Origin: Candidatus Poriferihabitans sp. | GTDB lineage: Bacteria; Pseudomonadota; Gammaproteobacteria; Arenicellales; Poriferihabitantaceae | DNA: 64,000 nucleotides | Reading direction: 5' to 3' | Assembly (NCBI GenBank): GCA_965220975.1 | Contig: OZ244855.1 | Span: 1,139,879 to 1,203,878, forward strand | Part shown: piece by piece, positions 1-11,300 of the stretch | Layout of the letters: each line of letters starts with the position of its first letter | Position numbering within the stretch: the first letter of the stretch is position 1 | The notes under the pieces: generated by a model | Databases searched by the model: none | What the model saw: only the letters and a program-made list of their open reading frames with translations | Told to the model about the DNA's origin: nothing | Made by a program: the position numbers and the translations under genes

Positions 1-1432
1 GCGACCCATAGCCTTGGGTTACGGATTTTAACCTGTCAAAAAAATCCACAACGACTTCAGTTAATGGAATTTCAAAGTCCAGCATCACCTGTCGCCCATG
101 ATAGTGAATATTTTTCTGGATTCCTCGACGCTCTACACAGAGGCCCATAACTGCACCAACATAATCATGGGGAATAAGTATGTGAGCAATAATATACGGT
201 TCCTGAATGTAATCGATACGCGATAGATCAGGCAGTTTTGACGGATTGTCGATTTCAATGACTGTCCCATTTTTCATATGGACTTCGTAAACCACGGTTG
301 GAGCTGTGGTTATCAATTCAATCTGATATTCACGCTCAAGCCGCTCCTGAATGATTTCCATATGCAGCATGCCAAGAAATCCACACCGAAAACCAAAGCC
401 AAGCGCAAGGGACGATTCTGGTTCATAGGATAGAGATGCATCGTTCAGACTAAGTTTCTCCAAGGCTGTGCGAAACGAATCAAAGTCAGCGTTATTAACT
501 GGATAGAGTCCTGCAAAAACGGTTGATTTGACTTGCTTAAAGTCGGGCAGTGGTTTTGATGCCATGTTGTGAGCCAGAGTTATGGTATCACCTACTCTTG
601 CAGAATGAATATCTTTCAAGCCGGCCATGACATATCCAACATTACCGGTTGAGAGTTCTTCAACTTCAACCGGTTTGGGAGTAAAGATGCCGATTTTCTC
701 CAGCTGGTATTCTCGACCCGTCGACATGATTGTAATACGAGTTTTTCCAGAAGGCAGGGCTCCGTCAACAATCCTGACTAATGAGACAACTCCGAGATAG
801 TTGTCGAACCAGGAATCGAGCACCAGGGCTCGCAGGGGCAATTTCCGATTATCCGGCGGGGGTGGCATATGACTGATAATTTGTTCGAGTACTTCTTCGA
901 TTCCTTGCCCAGTCTTTGCACTGACCTCGATTGCTTCTGAGCAATCCACTCCTATGACATCTTCGATTTCTGAAAGAACCCGATCCGGTTCAGCAGAAGG
1001 CAAGTCAATTTTATTCAAGACGGGTATAACCTCGAGACCACGATCGACTGCGGTATAGCAATTTGCAACAGTCTGCGCCTCAACTCCTTGCGCAGCGTCG
1101 ACTACCAAAAGAGCTCCTTCACATGCACTCAATGATCTCGACACTTCGTATGAAAAATCGACATGGCCAGGAGTATCAATCATGTTCAATTGATATCGCT
1201 TTCCATTTTTGGCTTCGTAGAACAAGGTAACGCTCTGGGCCTTGATGGTGATACCCCTCTCACGCTCAAGCTCCATTGAGTCGAGCACTTGTTCCTTCAT
1301 TTCTCTACTTTCCAGGGCACCGCATCTCTGAATAAAGCGATCAGCAAGAGTCGATTTACCATGGTCTACATGAGCAATAATCGAAAAATTGCGGATGGTG
1401 GTTATATCGGAATTGACCGATTTTTCATGCAT
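1..1432 (-). CDS. lepA: Elongation factor 4 (LepA); 3' part runs off the window start
   Basis: Not in the ORF track. Manual minus-strand translation from ATG 1432: [38 protein letters not shown]...ERERGITIK...IDTPGHVDF...[14 protein letters not shown], all LepA motifs. Confidence 0.97.
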   Translation of the reverse strand, partial: MHEKSVNSDITTIRNFSIIAHVDHGKSTLADRFIQRCGALESREMKEQVLDSMELERERGITIKAQSVTLFYEAKNGKRYQLNMIDTPGHVDFSYEVSRSLSACEGALLVVDAAQGVEAQTVANCYTAVDRGLEVIPVLNKIDLPSAEPDRVLSEIEDVIGVDCSEAIEVSAKTGQGIEEVLEQIISHMPPPPDNRKLPLRALVLDSWFDNYLGVVSLVRIVDGALPSGKTRITIMSTGREYQLEKIGIFTPKPVEVEELSTGNVGYVMAGLKDIHSARVGDTITLAHNMASKPLPDFKQVKSTVFAGLYPVNNADFDSFRTALEKLSLNDASLSYEPESSLALGFGFRCGFLGMLHMEIIQERLEREYQIELITTAPTVVYEVHMKNGTVIEIDNPSKLPDLSRIDYIQEPYIIAHILIPHDYVGAVMGLCVERRGIQKNIHYHGRQVMLDFEIPLTEVVVDFFDRLKSVTQGYGS

Positions 1433-1696
1433 GTTTGGAGTTACTCGCTATTCTTGAGGTGTAAGCACCAGATTGTGAAATTACTCGCGCTCAATTAGAA
1501 ATAATTTGTTATTGGATATACTTTATTAATTCGGTGTTAGGGCTGTCTCTATATGAACACAAGTATAAACATCCAAACCTGTAGATTTATACAAGCTCAG
1601 TTTTGTGGAATCCGTTCAAATGTCAGAATTTCGCAACATGCATATCCATCGGGTTTTGATCTTACTCGACAAACAACATGCGAATCAGGCGAATGA

Positions 1697-2140
1697 GGGG
1701 TTATGGCTGAAAGTAGTGTGTGAGGCGATGAGTATTATATCCAGCGGCCAGCGCTTTCATGTCTGATTGTACCTCAATACCGTCCCTTAAATTCACACCC
1801 TCGATAACCTGGCCAACTTTCCGTACCCGCATAGCCTGCGCCAGCGGGATTCCGCACACTGGCCGAACTTGAACATCATGGCGAGCATGGTGTCACGGCT
1901 CAGACAGCTCTTGGTCGCCCGAGTCCTATGGCGGATCGTAGCAAAGGTCGATTCGATCGGGTTGGTGGTACGAATGCTTTGCCAGTGCTTGACCGGGAAG
2001 TCGAAGAAGCTCATCTGGTTCTCGTGGTCCTTGATCAGCTTGCGGGAAGCTTACGGATACTTCACTTCACGGCACGCCAGGAACTGGTCGAAAGCCTGGT
2101 TGGCATAGTCTCGGGTTTCCGCTATCCAGGCCCCCTACGG
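1697..2140 (-). mobile_element. IS256-family transposase C-terminal remnant (frameshifted) with a probable terminal IR
   Basis: FFDFPVKHWQSIRTTNPIESTFATIRHRT is the IS256 C-terminal catalytic-E region. It continues after a frameshift as QVIEGVNLRDGIEV. End-like sequence GGGTTATGGCTGAAAGTAGTGTGT at ~1698. Confidence 0.85.
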
Positions 2141-2627
2141 AAAAAATCCATCTGCCTATTCTCCCAGCAAGCCACTCAGCATCTTTTGGCATGTCATGAT
2201 TTATCCCTAGGCTGCCTGAGAATTCCGAGAAACCTTGCATTAAATCAGCTGAAGCCATTGTCGAATCAGCGGTATCAGCCGAGAAATAATTTGCAAGGGA
2301 TTTCCTGTCTCACAATGCCTGCTTAACCAATGTCGTTTTCCCTGTGTAACGAGGCTCGGTAATAGTAATGATATGGCGTGGCTCCTCTCTCAATCGAGAA
2401 AGCAAAACCGACAATTGTTTCCGTTTGAATTCACTCATGATCGATTTATGGCATATTGGTATACTTGCTCACTATCGATTATTTGATCTTCTGGTCTTGT
2501 CGCTTTTTCAGATAGATTATGTCGAGAGTCGATGATTTGTTGTTACTGGCATATCGACATATTTCAATCATTCAGGAATAGCAGACCTGATGATACAATC
2601 ACTCACTTTAATTGAATCAATCGGTCT

Positions 2628-4355
2628 ATGCGCACCTCACAAATACTACTTGCAACCCTAAAGCAAAACCCTGCCGATGCAGAAGTCATCTCACACCAGT
2701 TAATGGTTCGAGCTGGACTGATCCGTCGTGTTGCGGCAGGAATTTACAACTGGTTGCCAACCGGTATGCGGGTGCTGAACAAGGTCAAACAAATCGTTCG
2801 CGAGGAAATGAATCGATCTGGAGCCCAAGAAGTGTTGTTACCTGGTGTGCAACCCTCTGAACTATGGCAGGAATCGGGACGATGGAATGACTATGGGCCG
2901 GAACTCCTACGATTCAAGGATCGCCATCAACGCGATTTCTGCTTAGGACCAACTCATGAAGAAGTAATAACCGCATTGCTAAAAAACGAGGTGCGAAGTT
3001 ATCGACAATTACCCGGTAACTTCTATCAAATCCAGACCAAGTTTCGCGACGAAATCAGGCCTCGTTTTGGCATCATGCGAGGCCGTGAATTCATTATGAA
3101 AGATGCCTACTCATTCCATGATAGCCAGGAATCCCTCCAGAAAACATACAATGTGATGCATGACACCTACTGTGCAATATTCGACCGAATCGGACTCCAA
3201 TATCGCCCTGTAGCAGCTGATTCCGGTAGCATCGGTGGTGAAATTTCCCATGAATTCCATGTCCTTGCCGAATCCGGTGAAGATGTGATCGCCTTTTCAA
3301 CTTCAAGCGATTATGCTGCCAATCTTGACTTGGCTGAAGCAATACCCCCTACCACATCAGCAGTCGAACCTGTCATGGAGTTGACGCTAGTCGATACTCC
3401 TGGACTCAGAACCATTAGTGACTTGGTTGAACAATTTCATCAGCCAATTGAAAAAACGATTAAGACTCTAGTTGTTGAAGCGGCACAAGAGTCTCAACAT
3501 AAACTCGTTGCCATGCTGGTTCGTGGTGATCATGAATTAAATCCGCTAAAGGCCGAAAAACTCGACATCGTTGCATCCCCCTTGCGTATGGCTGATGCAG
3601 ATATGATTCGATCAGAAATTGGTGCTGGCCCCGGATCACTAGGCCCAGTCAATCTTCCCATTCCCTGTATCGTCGATCATTGTGTTGCGGGTATGTCTGA
3701 TTTCTCAGCCGGCGCCAATCAGGATGACAAACACTACTTTGGGATTAACTGGGGTCGCGATGCGGAAGCCACGACTGTAGCCGATATTCGAAATGTTGTC
3801 GATGGAGACCCATCTCCCGATGGACGTGGGAAAATCAAGGTGGTGCGTGGCGTAGAAGTTGGTCACATTTTTCAACTCGGTTTGAAATATAGCGCCGCTC
3901 TGAATGCGACAGTCCTGGACGCCGAAGGAAAGTCAATTCCAATGCACATGGGCTGTTATGGAATTGGAGTCACGCGAATCGTTGCCGCAGCAATCGAACA
4001 GAACCATGACAGCAAAGGCATCATCTGGCCTGATTCAATTGCACCCTGGTCAGTAGTGATTGTTCCGATCGGACTCAAAAGGTCAGAGGCTGTCAAAAAA
4101 CTGACCGAGAATTTGTACGAATCACTCCTGAATGCCAACATTGAAGTCTTGTTAGATGACCGAAATGAACGCCCGGGTGTACTGTTTGCGGATATGGAAT
4201 TAATTGGCATTCCGCATCGGATCGTCATTGGCGAGCGAGGTATAGAGAAGCAGACTGTGGAGTACTATCATCGCCCGACCAATCAAACTAGAGACCTCCC
4301 TGTCGAAAATCTCCTCGACGAGTTCATTGCAATCATCCAAAGCAAACAATCCTGA
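2628..4355 (+). CDS. proS: Proline--tRNA ligase
   Basis: [44 protein letters not shown] and [10 protein letters not shown] motifs; editing insertion present. Confidence 0.99.
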   Translation: MRTSQILLATLKQNPADAEVISHQLMVRAGLIRRVAAGIYNWLPTGMRVLNKVKQIVREEMNRSGAQEVLLPGVQPSELWQESGRWNDYGPELLRFKDRHQRDFCLGPTHEEVITALLKNEVRSYRQLPGNFYQIQTKFRDEIRPRFGIMRGREFIMKDAYSFHDSQESLQKTYNVMHDTYCAIFDRIGLQYRPVAADSGSIGGEISHEFHVLAESGEDVIAFSTSSDYAANLDLAEAIPPTTSAVEPVMELTLVDTPGLRTISDLVEQFHQPIEKTIKTLVVEAAQESQHKLVAMLVRGDHELNPLKAEKLDIVASPLRMADADMIRSEIGAGPGSLGPVNLPIPCIVDHCVAGMSDFSAGANQDDKHYFGINWGRDAEATTVADIRNVVDGDPSPDGRGKIKVVRGVEVGHIFQLGLKYSAALNATVLDAEGKSIPMHMGCYGIGVTRIVAAAIEQNHDSKGIIWPDSIAPWSVVIVPIGLKRSEAVKKLTENLYESLLNANIEVLLDDRNERPGVLFADMELIGIPHRIVIGERGIEKQTVEYYHRPTNQTRDLPVENLLDEFIAIIQSKQS

Positions 4356-4458
4356 AATTCCAACCAAAAAGCAGTTCTGGAAGATTGCAATGACCGTTAA
4401 ATTATCCTTTGACTACCCATCACTCAATCGCAACACCGTTCCTACTGCATAAAAACCG

Positions 4459-5799
4459 ATGAGTTCGAGCTTAACCATTCTTGCAATTGGCGATATTCAT
4501 CTTGGCACAATACCAACTCGACTGCCCGAAGATCTGCCGGACGCTGGATTTGCAAAACAAGATTTAACGCCAGCTGCGGCATGGGAGAGCGCTGTTGACT
4601 ACGCAGTCGATATGCAAGTCGATGCTGTGTTGCTCGCTGGTGACGTAGTAGAGAGCACCAATGCACGTTTCGAGGCATTAGTACCACTCGAGCAAGGTGT
4701 ACAAGAGTTAATCAAACATAACATCAAGGTCATCGCAGTAGCTGGAAATCATGATACCGATGCCCTACCCCGCCTGGCAAGACTAATCGAAGGATTTCAT
4801 CTTCTGGGAGAAAAAGGCATATGGGAAAAAACCGTCTTGTCAAAAGATGACAAACCAGTAGCAGCCATCATTGGCTGGTCTTTTCCCGAAAGACATGTGC
4901 GGGATAATCCAGTCGCCAAACTCAATCAAAATGCACTTGAACTTGACTCCTTGTCGCTGTGCAAGATTGGCTTGCTGCATGCAGACCTCAATGCTTCAGG
5001 CGGACGTTATGCGCCTGTCAGAACGGATGATTTGCGTTCCAGTGGTTTTGATGCCTGGCTTCTGGGACATATTCACAAGCCGTCATTATTGCAAACTGCT
5101 GGAGAATCGAACAAGGAGGCTATTGGATACCTTGGCTCCCTAGTTGGGCTGGACCCGACAGAAACCGGGCCACATGGTCCATGGATTCTGAAAATAACCG
5201 AAAGTGGTATCGAGGAAATCAGACAGATACCCATTGCTCCTCTGCGCTGGGAACACATTAATGTTTCATTGGACGAGGTTGGCAATATCGAAGATCTATC
5301 CGACTTGTTAGTTGACCAGGCAACCAAAGCCTTGCAAAAAATAACAGATGATGGATCGGCTCCTCTTGTACTAGGGGTACGAGCCACAATGATTGGTTGC
5401 TGTAGTTTCCAAAAGGATCTTCAAGCATGGATCAACAATGATGAGTTCAAAAAAATACAACGTCAGGTAGACCAAACATGGATTTTCTACAACAGGATAA
5501 TCAATTCGTCGAACCCTATGATCGATGTTTCCGAGATTGCGAAAGGAGATGACCCTGCTGCAATACTTGCTCAGAGAATTGTTATTCTGGAAAACAACCA
5601 GCCTGAAGCCAAGAAGCTCATTGAACAAGGCCGCTCTGTATTGGAACCCGAAGTCAAGGACAGTCGCTGGTCACCGGCTGATGATCACCGAAATGCCATT
5701 GATCGCCTCTCGGATGAACATGTGAGAGAATTGCTCATTCGTGCGGGAAAAAGCGCTCTTCACAATATGCTAGATCAAATTCCGGATAGCAAACCATGA
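4459..5799 (+). CDS. Mre11/SbcD-like metallophosphoesterase nuclease (YhaO-like)
   Basis: GDIHLG, LAGDVVE, AGNHD, GLLH and LGHIH phosphoesterase motifs. Overlaps the next gene (ATGA). Confidence 0.9.
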   Translation: MSSSLTILAIGDIHLGTIPTRLPEDLPDAGFAKQDLTPAAAWESAVDYAVDMQVDAVLLAGDVVESTNARFEALVPLEQGVQELIKHNIKVIAVAGNHDTDALPRLARLIEGFHLLGEKGIWEKTVLSKDDKPVAAIIGWSFPERHVRDNPVAKLNQNALELDSLSLCKIGLLHADLNASGGRYAPVRTDDLRSSGFDAWLLGHIHKPSLLQTAGESNKEAIGYLGSLVGLDPTETGPHGPWILKITESGIEEIRQIPIAPLRWEHINVSLDEVGNIEDLSDLLVDQATKALQKITDDGSAPLVLGVRATMIGCCSFQKDLQAWINNDEFKKIQRQVDQTWIFYNRIINSSNPMIDVSEIAKGDDPAAILAQRIVILENNQPEAKKLIEQGRSVLEPEVKDSRWSPADDHRNAIDRLSDEHVRELLIRAGKSALHNMLDQIPDSKP

Positions 5800-8700
5800 T
5801 ACTGAAACGATTGAATATCATTCGATTGCCCGGCATTGATGAATCTTTTCAGGTTGACTTCAAAGGATCAGGTTTCCATATCATACATGGCCCGAACGGA
5901 ATCGGAAAATCCAGCCTTTGCAAAGCAGTCGAACACTTGTATTGGGGAGATTCAAAAACCAATTCGCCAATATCTGTAACTGGACATATCGAACTGAATG
6001 GAGTGAACTGGTCAATTGAGCGCGATGGCAGAAGCCTTAAATGGTCTAGAATTGACGGGCTGGAAACAGATCTTCCGGAATTACCGCCAAGCTACCAAGC
6101 AAAGTGTTTCTTTCTTCAATTGAGAGATTTGATCGATCCATCAAAAGACAGTTTGGCGGATATCGCAACACAGATAAATCGGCAAATGGCCGGAGGTTTT
6201 GATCTTGATGCAGTCATTGAATCCTTTCCAGAACTGACCCGACATCGCACAGGCAAGCTTAGCAGGGATTTTATCCATGCCAACTCCAATATAGACAAAA
6301 AGCAAAAAGAACAATCACACCTTCAATCCCGTGAAAATCATCTGGAGACTCTTCAAAAGAAACTGGAATCCGCCAGGGAAGAAGCGAACCGTGAAGCAAG
6401 CATCGATCGAGCATTAGGGTTGCTTGAGAAACGCAAGGAGCTTGATCAGTTAAGACCTGATTTGTCCAGATTTCCGTCAGAAATTAGCAAGCTACAAGGA
6501 AATGAGATTGACAGGCTTAATGGATTGGAAGAAAGAATCCAAAATTTGTCCGAAGAAATCAAACAACTCACATTTGAGGTTCAAATTGCTGAGGATGAAC
6601 AGCATGACTCCCAGCTATCCGCCCCGTTGGATTCAATCAATCTCACTGCAAAAAAATCCCAGGTCGATAAACTGATTCGACTGGAAGACAAGATACAAAC
6701 TATCGATAGCGAAATTGCAGGTGATGAGAATGGACTATCAAAAGCAATGAAAGCCATCGGCGGCGCTGTCCGTTTGGATCGCCAATATACACTCGAAGAA
6801 CATGGTCAACTGTATGAATTTCTGGGGCAATGTACAAGCGCACAAAATCAGCAAGAAATCATCACTACAAAAATAAAGCTTCTCGAAACTGATTCTCTCG
6901 ATCCAATATCCGGGTCGAATTCCAACGAGTACGAGAGTGCAATTACTGCTCTGCGAATGTGGCTGAGAGCCCCAGTACCCGGAACATCATTCCTCACGAA
7001 AACCAATGCCATATGGGGGCTGTTGGTCGGTTTAATTACAAGTTTGCTCGGAGGAATACTGACAGTTTATTTTTCTCTTACGGCACTCATTCTAGTTGGT
7101 ACCGGTTTGAGTATCCTGTTATTTGCTTTTTTTGTTTTTTTGTCGACTCACGATTCCCCATCTACTTCAGATACCCAGGAAGCAGCAGAAAACGATTACC
7201 GGCAAACCAGTCAGCCAGAGCCGGAGCCTTGGGAATTCTTATCAGTGAAACACTTGCTGACACAACTGGAAACTGAACAGGCAAAAGCACTCGCTAAAAT
7301 TCAGTTGAAAGAGTGGCGCAAAGTCGAGCTCGCACAACTCAAACTTGAATTAGAAACGGTTAGGGACGAACAGGAAAAACTGGATATTAAGCGTCTGGAG
7401 CTTGCAAAAGAACTCAATCTTGAACATATACCCGATGCGAAACTTGTTGACTATGCACGATCTCTTAATGAAATCCAGGAGATACATAACAGACTTAATG
7501 AACGCAAGGGAACCTCGCAAGAGTTAAAAGCCAGTTACGCCAAGGAACTTGAAATTATTAGAAACTATATCTCGGAATATGGAACTGATCAACCTCAGAA
7601 CGGATTTGAAGCAAAAGCAATTATTGATTCACTAGGCGTTCGTAGCAATCAACTGGAAAAGGCCATATCCAAAAAAAGATCAGCAGAAAAGCAAATCGAA
7701 AGAAGGAACTCAGAGAAACAACAAGAAGAAAAACATGTTCAGGATATCTATGCAAGTTTGTCGATTGAACAGGGGGATTTCGCAAAACTGCGGGACATGC
7801 TGAATCAACAACAAGAGTACCTTGAGCTAGGCAAACGAATCTCGAAGCTCGAAAATCTGATTGACGGTGATATGCAGGAACTACATGCCGCCAATCAATC
7901 TGACCTGGAAAACTTGACTATCGAAGACTTGCAGCAACTCAAGAAACAGGCCGAACAAGCCAAGCATAGGGTTGAAGAGATTTCCAAGGAGATCAGTGAA
8001 ATTCAGACTCTGACCAATCAAGCAAAACAGGGAAGTACCATGCAAGATCTGATCACAGAGCAAGAGAATGCCCGGATGAACTTGCAAGATGCCCTTGATG
8101 TTCAATTGCAATCACAAGCCGTGAAATTTCTGATCTCTCAAGTGAAAGAACAGTATGAACAGAGACATGTACCCCGCTTGTTTGAGCGTGCAAAATTTCA
8201 ATTTCAACGCTTTACCCACAACTCGTACGATCTGCAAATTGCACGACATGATGGAAAACCGGCCCTGCGGGCAATGGATCTGCATGCAGGCAAAATACGG
8301 GAACTGGATCAATTATCGGATGGTACGCGTGTTCAATTGCTGATTGCTGCACGCATTGCATATGCCGAAGAAATCGAGAAAAATCTCAAACTGCCCTTCT
8401 TTCTTGACGAAGCATTGGATCAAAGTGATCCGCAACGTTTTGCTGCCATTGTAAAGTGTCTCGGTCAAGTATCAGCAGATCAGAAGCGGCAAATAGTCTA
8501 CTTGACGAGCGATCCGTCTGACCAAAATCGCATCAATCACGCTTTGGAGCATGCTGGCTACGAGGTCGCTTCTATCATTGATTTGGGGGGAATTCGAAAT
8601 AGGTCGGTTCGTGTAGATGACGCAACCAAGCTCGAAGTTCAGTCTGAAGCAGACATTCCGGCACCGTCCAGCCAGCCATATTCACAATATGTGTTCGATC

Positions 8701-9290
8701 TGGCCATACCAGAATTTATACCAACAAGAGGATGGAACAGCCAATCAATTTGCTATGTACTACCCGAGAACAATGAATTGTTGTATCGATTTTTCAAGAA
8801 TGGCATTCGAACTGCAGGACAATGGAGCATTGTTCAAGGACAACCGCTCGCCAATGAATTATGCAACGAACTTCTCAATCCAGAAGAGATAGGCAACCGC
8901 GTCGAATTATTCAAGGTGTTCTGTGAGCTATGGTCTGTAGGTCGTGGTCGTCCGCTAGATCGGCATGCTCTAGAAACCAGTGAAGCAATCAGCGATCGAT
9001 ATATTCAGGGTATTTCGGATATTGCAAAAGAAAACCAGGGTAGTGCATCAAAAGTCCTCGAGATATTAAGAGGAAGAGAGGATGAGAGAAGTAGTAGCTT
9101 TCGTCACAACCAGATCGAGAAACTGGAGCAGTATTTTTTGGATAACGGTTATCTTGAAGAACGCGAAATACTGGATAAAGATGAACTATTGCTACGGATA
9201 CGTGCAACTCCAGTAGCGAGCAAGCTTTCGGAAGATGCAAGCCTCACTTTAATTCGGAAGTGGCAGGCTCTGGCCGATCGGTTTTCTTAG
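5796..9290 (+). CDS. Rad50/SMC-like coiled-coil ATPase (YhaN/SbcE-like) with central hydrophobic helices
   Basis: Walker A GPNGIGKS, long coiled coils, two hydrophobic segments (~aa 405-450), signature LSDGTRVQL, Walker B FFLDEALD. Confidence 0.88.
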   Translation: MILKRLNIIRLPGIDESFQVDFKGSGFHIIHGPNGIGKSSLCKAVEHLYWGDSKTNSPISVTGHIELNGVNWSIERDGRSLKWSRIDGLETDLPELPPSYQAKCFFLQLRDLIDPSKDSLADIATQINRQMAGGFDLDAVIESFPELTRHRTGKLSRDFIHANSNIDKKQKEQSHLQSRENHLETLQKKLESAREEANREASIDRALGLLEKRKELDQLRPDLSRFPSEISKLQGNEIDRLNGLEERIQNLSEEIKQLTFEVQIAEDEQHDSQLSAPLDSINLTAKKSQVDKLIRLEDKIQTIDSEIAGDENGLSKAMKAIGGAVRLDRQYTLEEHGQLYEFLGQCTSAQNQQEIITTKIKLLETDSLDPISGSNSNEYESAITALRMWLRAPVPGTSFLTKTNAIWGLLVGLITSLLGGILTVYFSLTALILVGTGLSILLFAFFVFLSTHDSPSTSDTQEAAENDYRQTSQPEPEPWEFLSVKHLLTQLETEQAKALAKIQLKEWRKVELAQLKLELETVRDEQEKLDIKRLELAKELNLEHIPDAKLVDYARSLNEIQEIHNRLNERKGTSQELKASYAKELEIIRNYISEYGTDQPQNGFEAKAIIDSLGVRSNQLEKAISKKRSAEKQIERRNSEKQQEEKHVQDIYASLSIEQGDFAKLRDMLNQQQEYLELGKRISKLENLIDGDMQELHAANQSDLENLTIEDLQQLKKQAEQAKHRVEEISKEISEIQTLTNQAKQGSTMQDLITEQENARMNLQDALDVQLQSQAVKFLISQVKEQYEQRHVPRLFERAKFQFQRFTHNSYDLQIARHDGKPALRAMDLHAGKIRELDQLSDGTRVQLLIAARIAYAEEIEKNLKLPFFLDEALDQSDPQRFAAIVKCLGQVSADQKRQIVYLTSDPSDQNRINHALEHAGYEVASIIDLGGIRNRSVRVDDATKLEVQSEADIPAPSSQPYSQYVFDLAIPEFIPTRGWNSQSICYVLPENNELLYRFFKNGIRTAGQWSIVQGQPLANELCNELLNPEEIGNRVELFKVFCELWSVGRGRPLDRHALETSEAISDRYIQGISDIAKENQGSASKVLEILRGREDERSSSFRHNQIEKLEQYFLDNGYLEEREILDKDELLLRIRATPVASKLSEDASLTLIRKWQALADRFS

Positions 9291-9301
9291 CTATAACTTG
9301 C

Positions 9302-9952
9302 CTATGAGGTTTTTCTCTCGAAATTCGAGACCTGTCTCAAGTCACCGCCCTGCCAAAGATAAAACATGACTAGAGGTTCATCGCAAGTTTCAAAAGAATG
9401 AGGAAGCGAAGATGAAACAAAAATTATTTCATCTGACTTTCTCAACGATTTTGGTTGACCCCGACCAATTTGAAACCGTGCAGTCCCGGAGAGAATCCAG
9501 TAAATCTCCTCTGCTTCATGCCAGTGCAACGGATATTCCACACTTGGACCCCAAACACCGATACCGCTTCGCAACCGTTCGCTAACGAAAGGGCCTCGGC
9601 GTCCACTAATCTCACAAAACGCGTACGCTGATAACAATGAATCGCCAACCACACCGTCTTCTTTGGTGTAGGTCTGTTCCCAGAATAATGATTCCCGATT
9701 TGAGATCAATTGACTTAGGAGTTTTCCTGCATGGGTTTCAGCATCCGGATGAATTTGATTGAGCAGGCAGGTAACCGGGAGAACTTTGCATCCAACATCA
9801 AGCCAGCGTTCTCTGAGATGATGGAAACCATCCTTGAATTTCTGAACATGTGGATTGTTACTTTCACAGACCATCCACTCCATTATTGCGAGAATTTCAG
9901 CATGTATCGCATGAATTTGGGATGTTCCATTCATTTGTTGCAACGTCATCAA
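9302..9952 (-). CDS. Cupin of the DMSP-lyase (DddQ-like) family
   Basis: WEQTYT..., EISGRRGPF, cupin motif 1 YPLHWHEAEEIYWILSG, motif 2 SSLPH, C-terminal FYLWQGGDL. Confidence 0.7.
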   Translation of the reverse strand: MMTLQQMNGTSQIHAIHAEILAIMEWMVCESNNPHVQKFKDGFHHLRERWLDVGCKVLPVTCLLNQIHPDAETHAGKLLSQLISNRESLFWEQTYTKEDGVVGDSLLSAYAFCEISGRRGPFVSERLRSGIGVWGPSVEYPLHWHEAEEIYWILSGTARFQIGRGQPKSLRKSDEIIFVSSSLPHSFETCDEPLVMFYLWQGGDLRQVSNFERKTS

Positions 9953-9967
9953 ACTGATGGATTCAGC

Positions 9968-11119
9968 TCATACGACGACCAGATCTGTTGGATGACGGCT
10001 TAGCCTTTCAATGCCATCACGAGTAACTCGTACAGTCTGGCCCAGAGTCATTGAATTGCCCGACTGGCTATTCATTAGAATTATGTGTACAAACAGCACA
10101 TTATTGGCCTGCATGACATAAGGGTTATCGGCATAGAACATCGGGTAGTCCATCCAGATAGGACTGAACATGGCTCCAAGGCTATATCCACAAGCATTCA
10201 TTCTGTGCTCCTGATAACCATGCTCATCCAGAACCCTTGCATGCTCGGAAAATACCGTGCCCATTGTCTCACCCGGGCGAATCGAGTCCAAACAGGCCTC
10301 CATCGCCTCCGAGCAAGCCGTATGCATGTTCTTGTGCTCGCTCGACACATCGCCAATCAGAAAGGTCTGCATAAGACATGCATGATAGCGTCGATAGGCT
10401 CCTGCATACTCCAAAGTGAGTTGATCCTGTTCATCCAGTGTTCTTCGCCCTGAAAAATATCGACACAGCAGTCCACCCGCACCAGAACCAATGATGAATT
10501 CATTGCCAGGATAATCACCGCCGCCGCGAAAAACGGCAGATTGCATTGCAGCCAGAATATCCCCCTCAAAAACCCCGGCACCAGCCGTCTCGATAGCCGC
10601 TGACATGGCATCATCAGCAAGCTCTGCTGCTCGTTTCACATGTATGATTTCCGACTCACTCTTGACCGCGCGGATGACCCCAACCAGCGAGGATTCATCC
10701 CTGAGCTTGCAAAATCCATTTAATGCCTGATCCAAACTTTTGCCATAAGCCGCCGACAGCCCGTAAGCATTGTATTCACATCCAAGAATCTTTCCGAAAA
10801 CGCCGTAGTCAGACAATGCATTCCGCAAATCCAGTGATGGATTTGCTTGCTCTGCATCGACCCAGATGCGTATATCTTCGATATCGGAAGTGTATTGTGC
10901 CTGGCGTAGATCAGGGGCTCTTGTCAGAAGAAAATATCGACCATCGACTCCCAGATACAAGCACTGAAAAAAACAGAATCCAAAGGTGTCATAGCCGGTT
11001 AGATAGTACATGCTTTCCTGCTTGAAAATCAGCAGCCCATCGAGACTTTTCTTTTTCAGCTCTGCTATGACCTTGTTCCGGCGCTTTACTAATTCAGAAT
11101 TTTCAAAATGTAGGGACAT
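9968..11119 (-). CDS. M24 (pita-bread) family hydrolase, creatinase/ectoine-hydrolase-like
   Basis: Creatinase_N-type start (LHF...YYLTGYDTFG), IRAVKSESEI, LEYAGAYRRYHA, CGYSLG. Confidence 0.85.
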   Translation of the reverse strand: MSLHFENSELVKRRNKVIAELKKKSLDGLLIFKQESMYYLTGYDTFGFCFFQCLYLGVDGRYFLLTRAPDLRQAQYTSDIEDIRIWVDAEQANPSLDLRNALSDYGVFGKILGCEYNAYGLSAAYGKSLDQALNGFCKLRDESSLVGVIRAVKSESEIIHVKRAAELADDAMSAAIETAGAGVFEGDILAAMQSAVFRGGGDYPGNEFIIGSGAGGLLCRYFSGRRTLDEQDQLTLEYAGAYRRYHACLMQTFLIGDVSSEHKNMHTACSEAMEACLDSIRPGETMGTVFSEHARVLDEHGYQEHRMNACGYSLGAMFSPIWMDYPMFYADNPYVMQANNVLFVHIILMNSQSGNSMTLGQTVRVTRDGIERLSRHPTDLVVV

Positions 11120-11300
11120 TTCAGCTCCAAGACGTTGTGTTTCCTGTTTGAACTCGGGGATTTTGTTCTCAGCGCAAAATTATATATCCAAATCAGGACC
11201 GCAAGTAAAATCTGGAGTCAGCAAGGATTTCTCAGTGATCATTCAGATACGCTCTGCTTCCAGTATAATTTCCCGCAACTCAATTCTTGCCCTCTCCCCT

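Noticed and set aside
9968-11119. DddP DMSP lyase
   Set aside because: It lacks the dinuclear metal ligands of M24B enzymes such as DddP and fits the creatinase/ectoine-hydrolase-like type better.
11010-11300. 97-aa N-terminal extension of MetY in the ORF track
   Set aside because: It overlaps the divergent M24 gene, and homology starts at ATG 11301. The same over-extension affects the track starts for MNT, mtaD, dapD, FKBP and the CoA-transferase.
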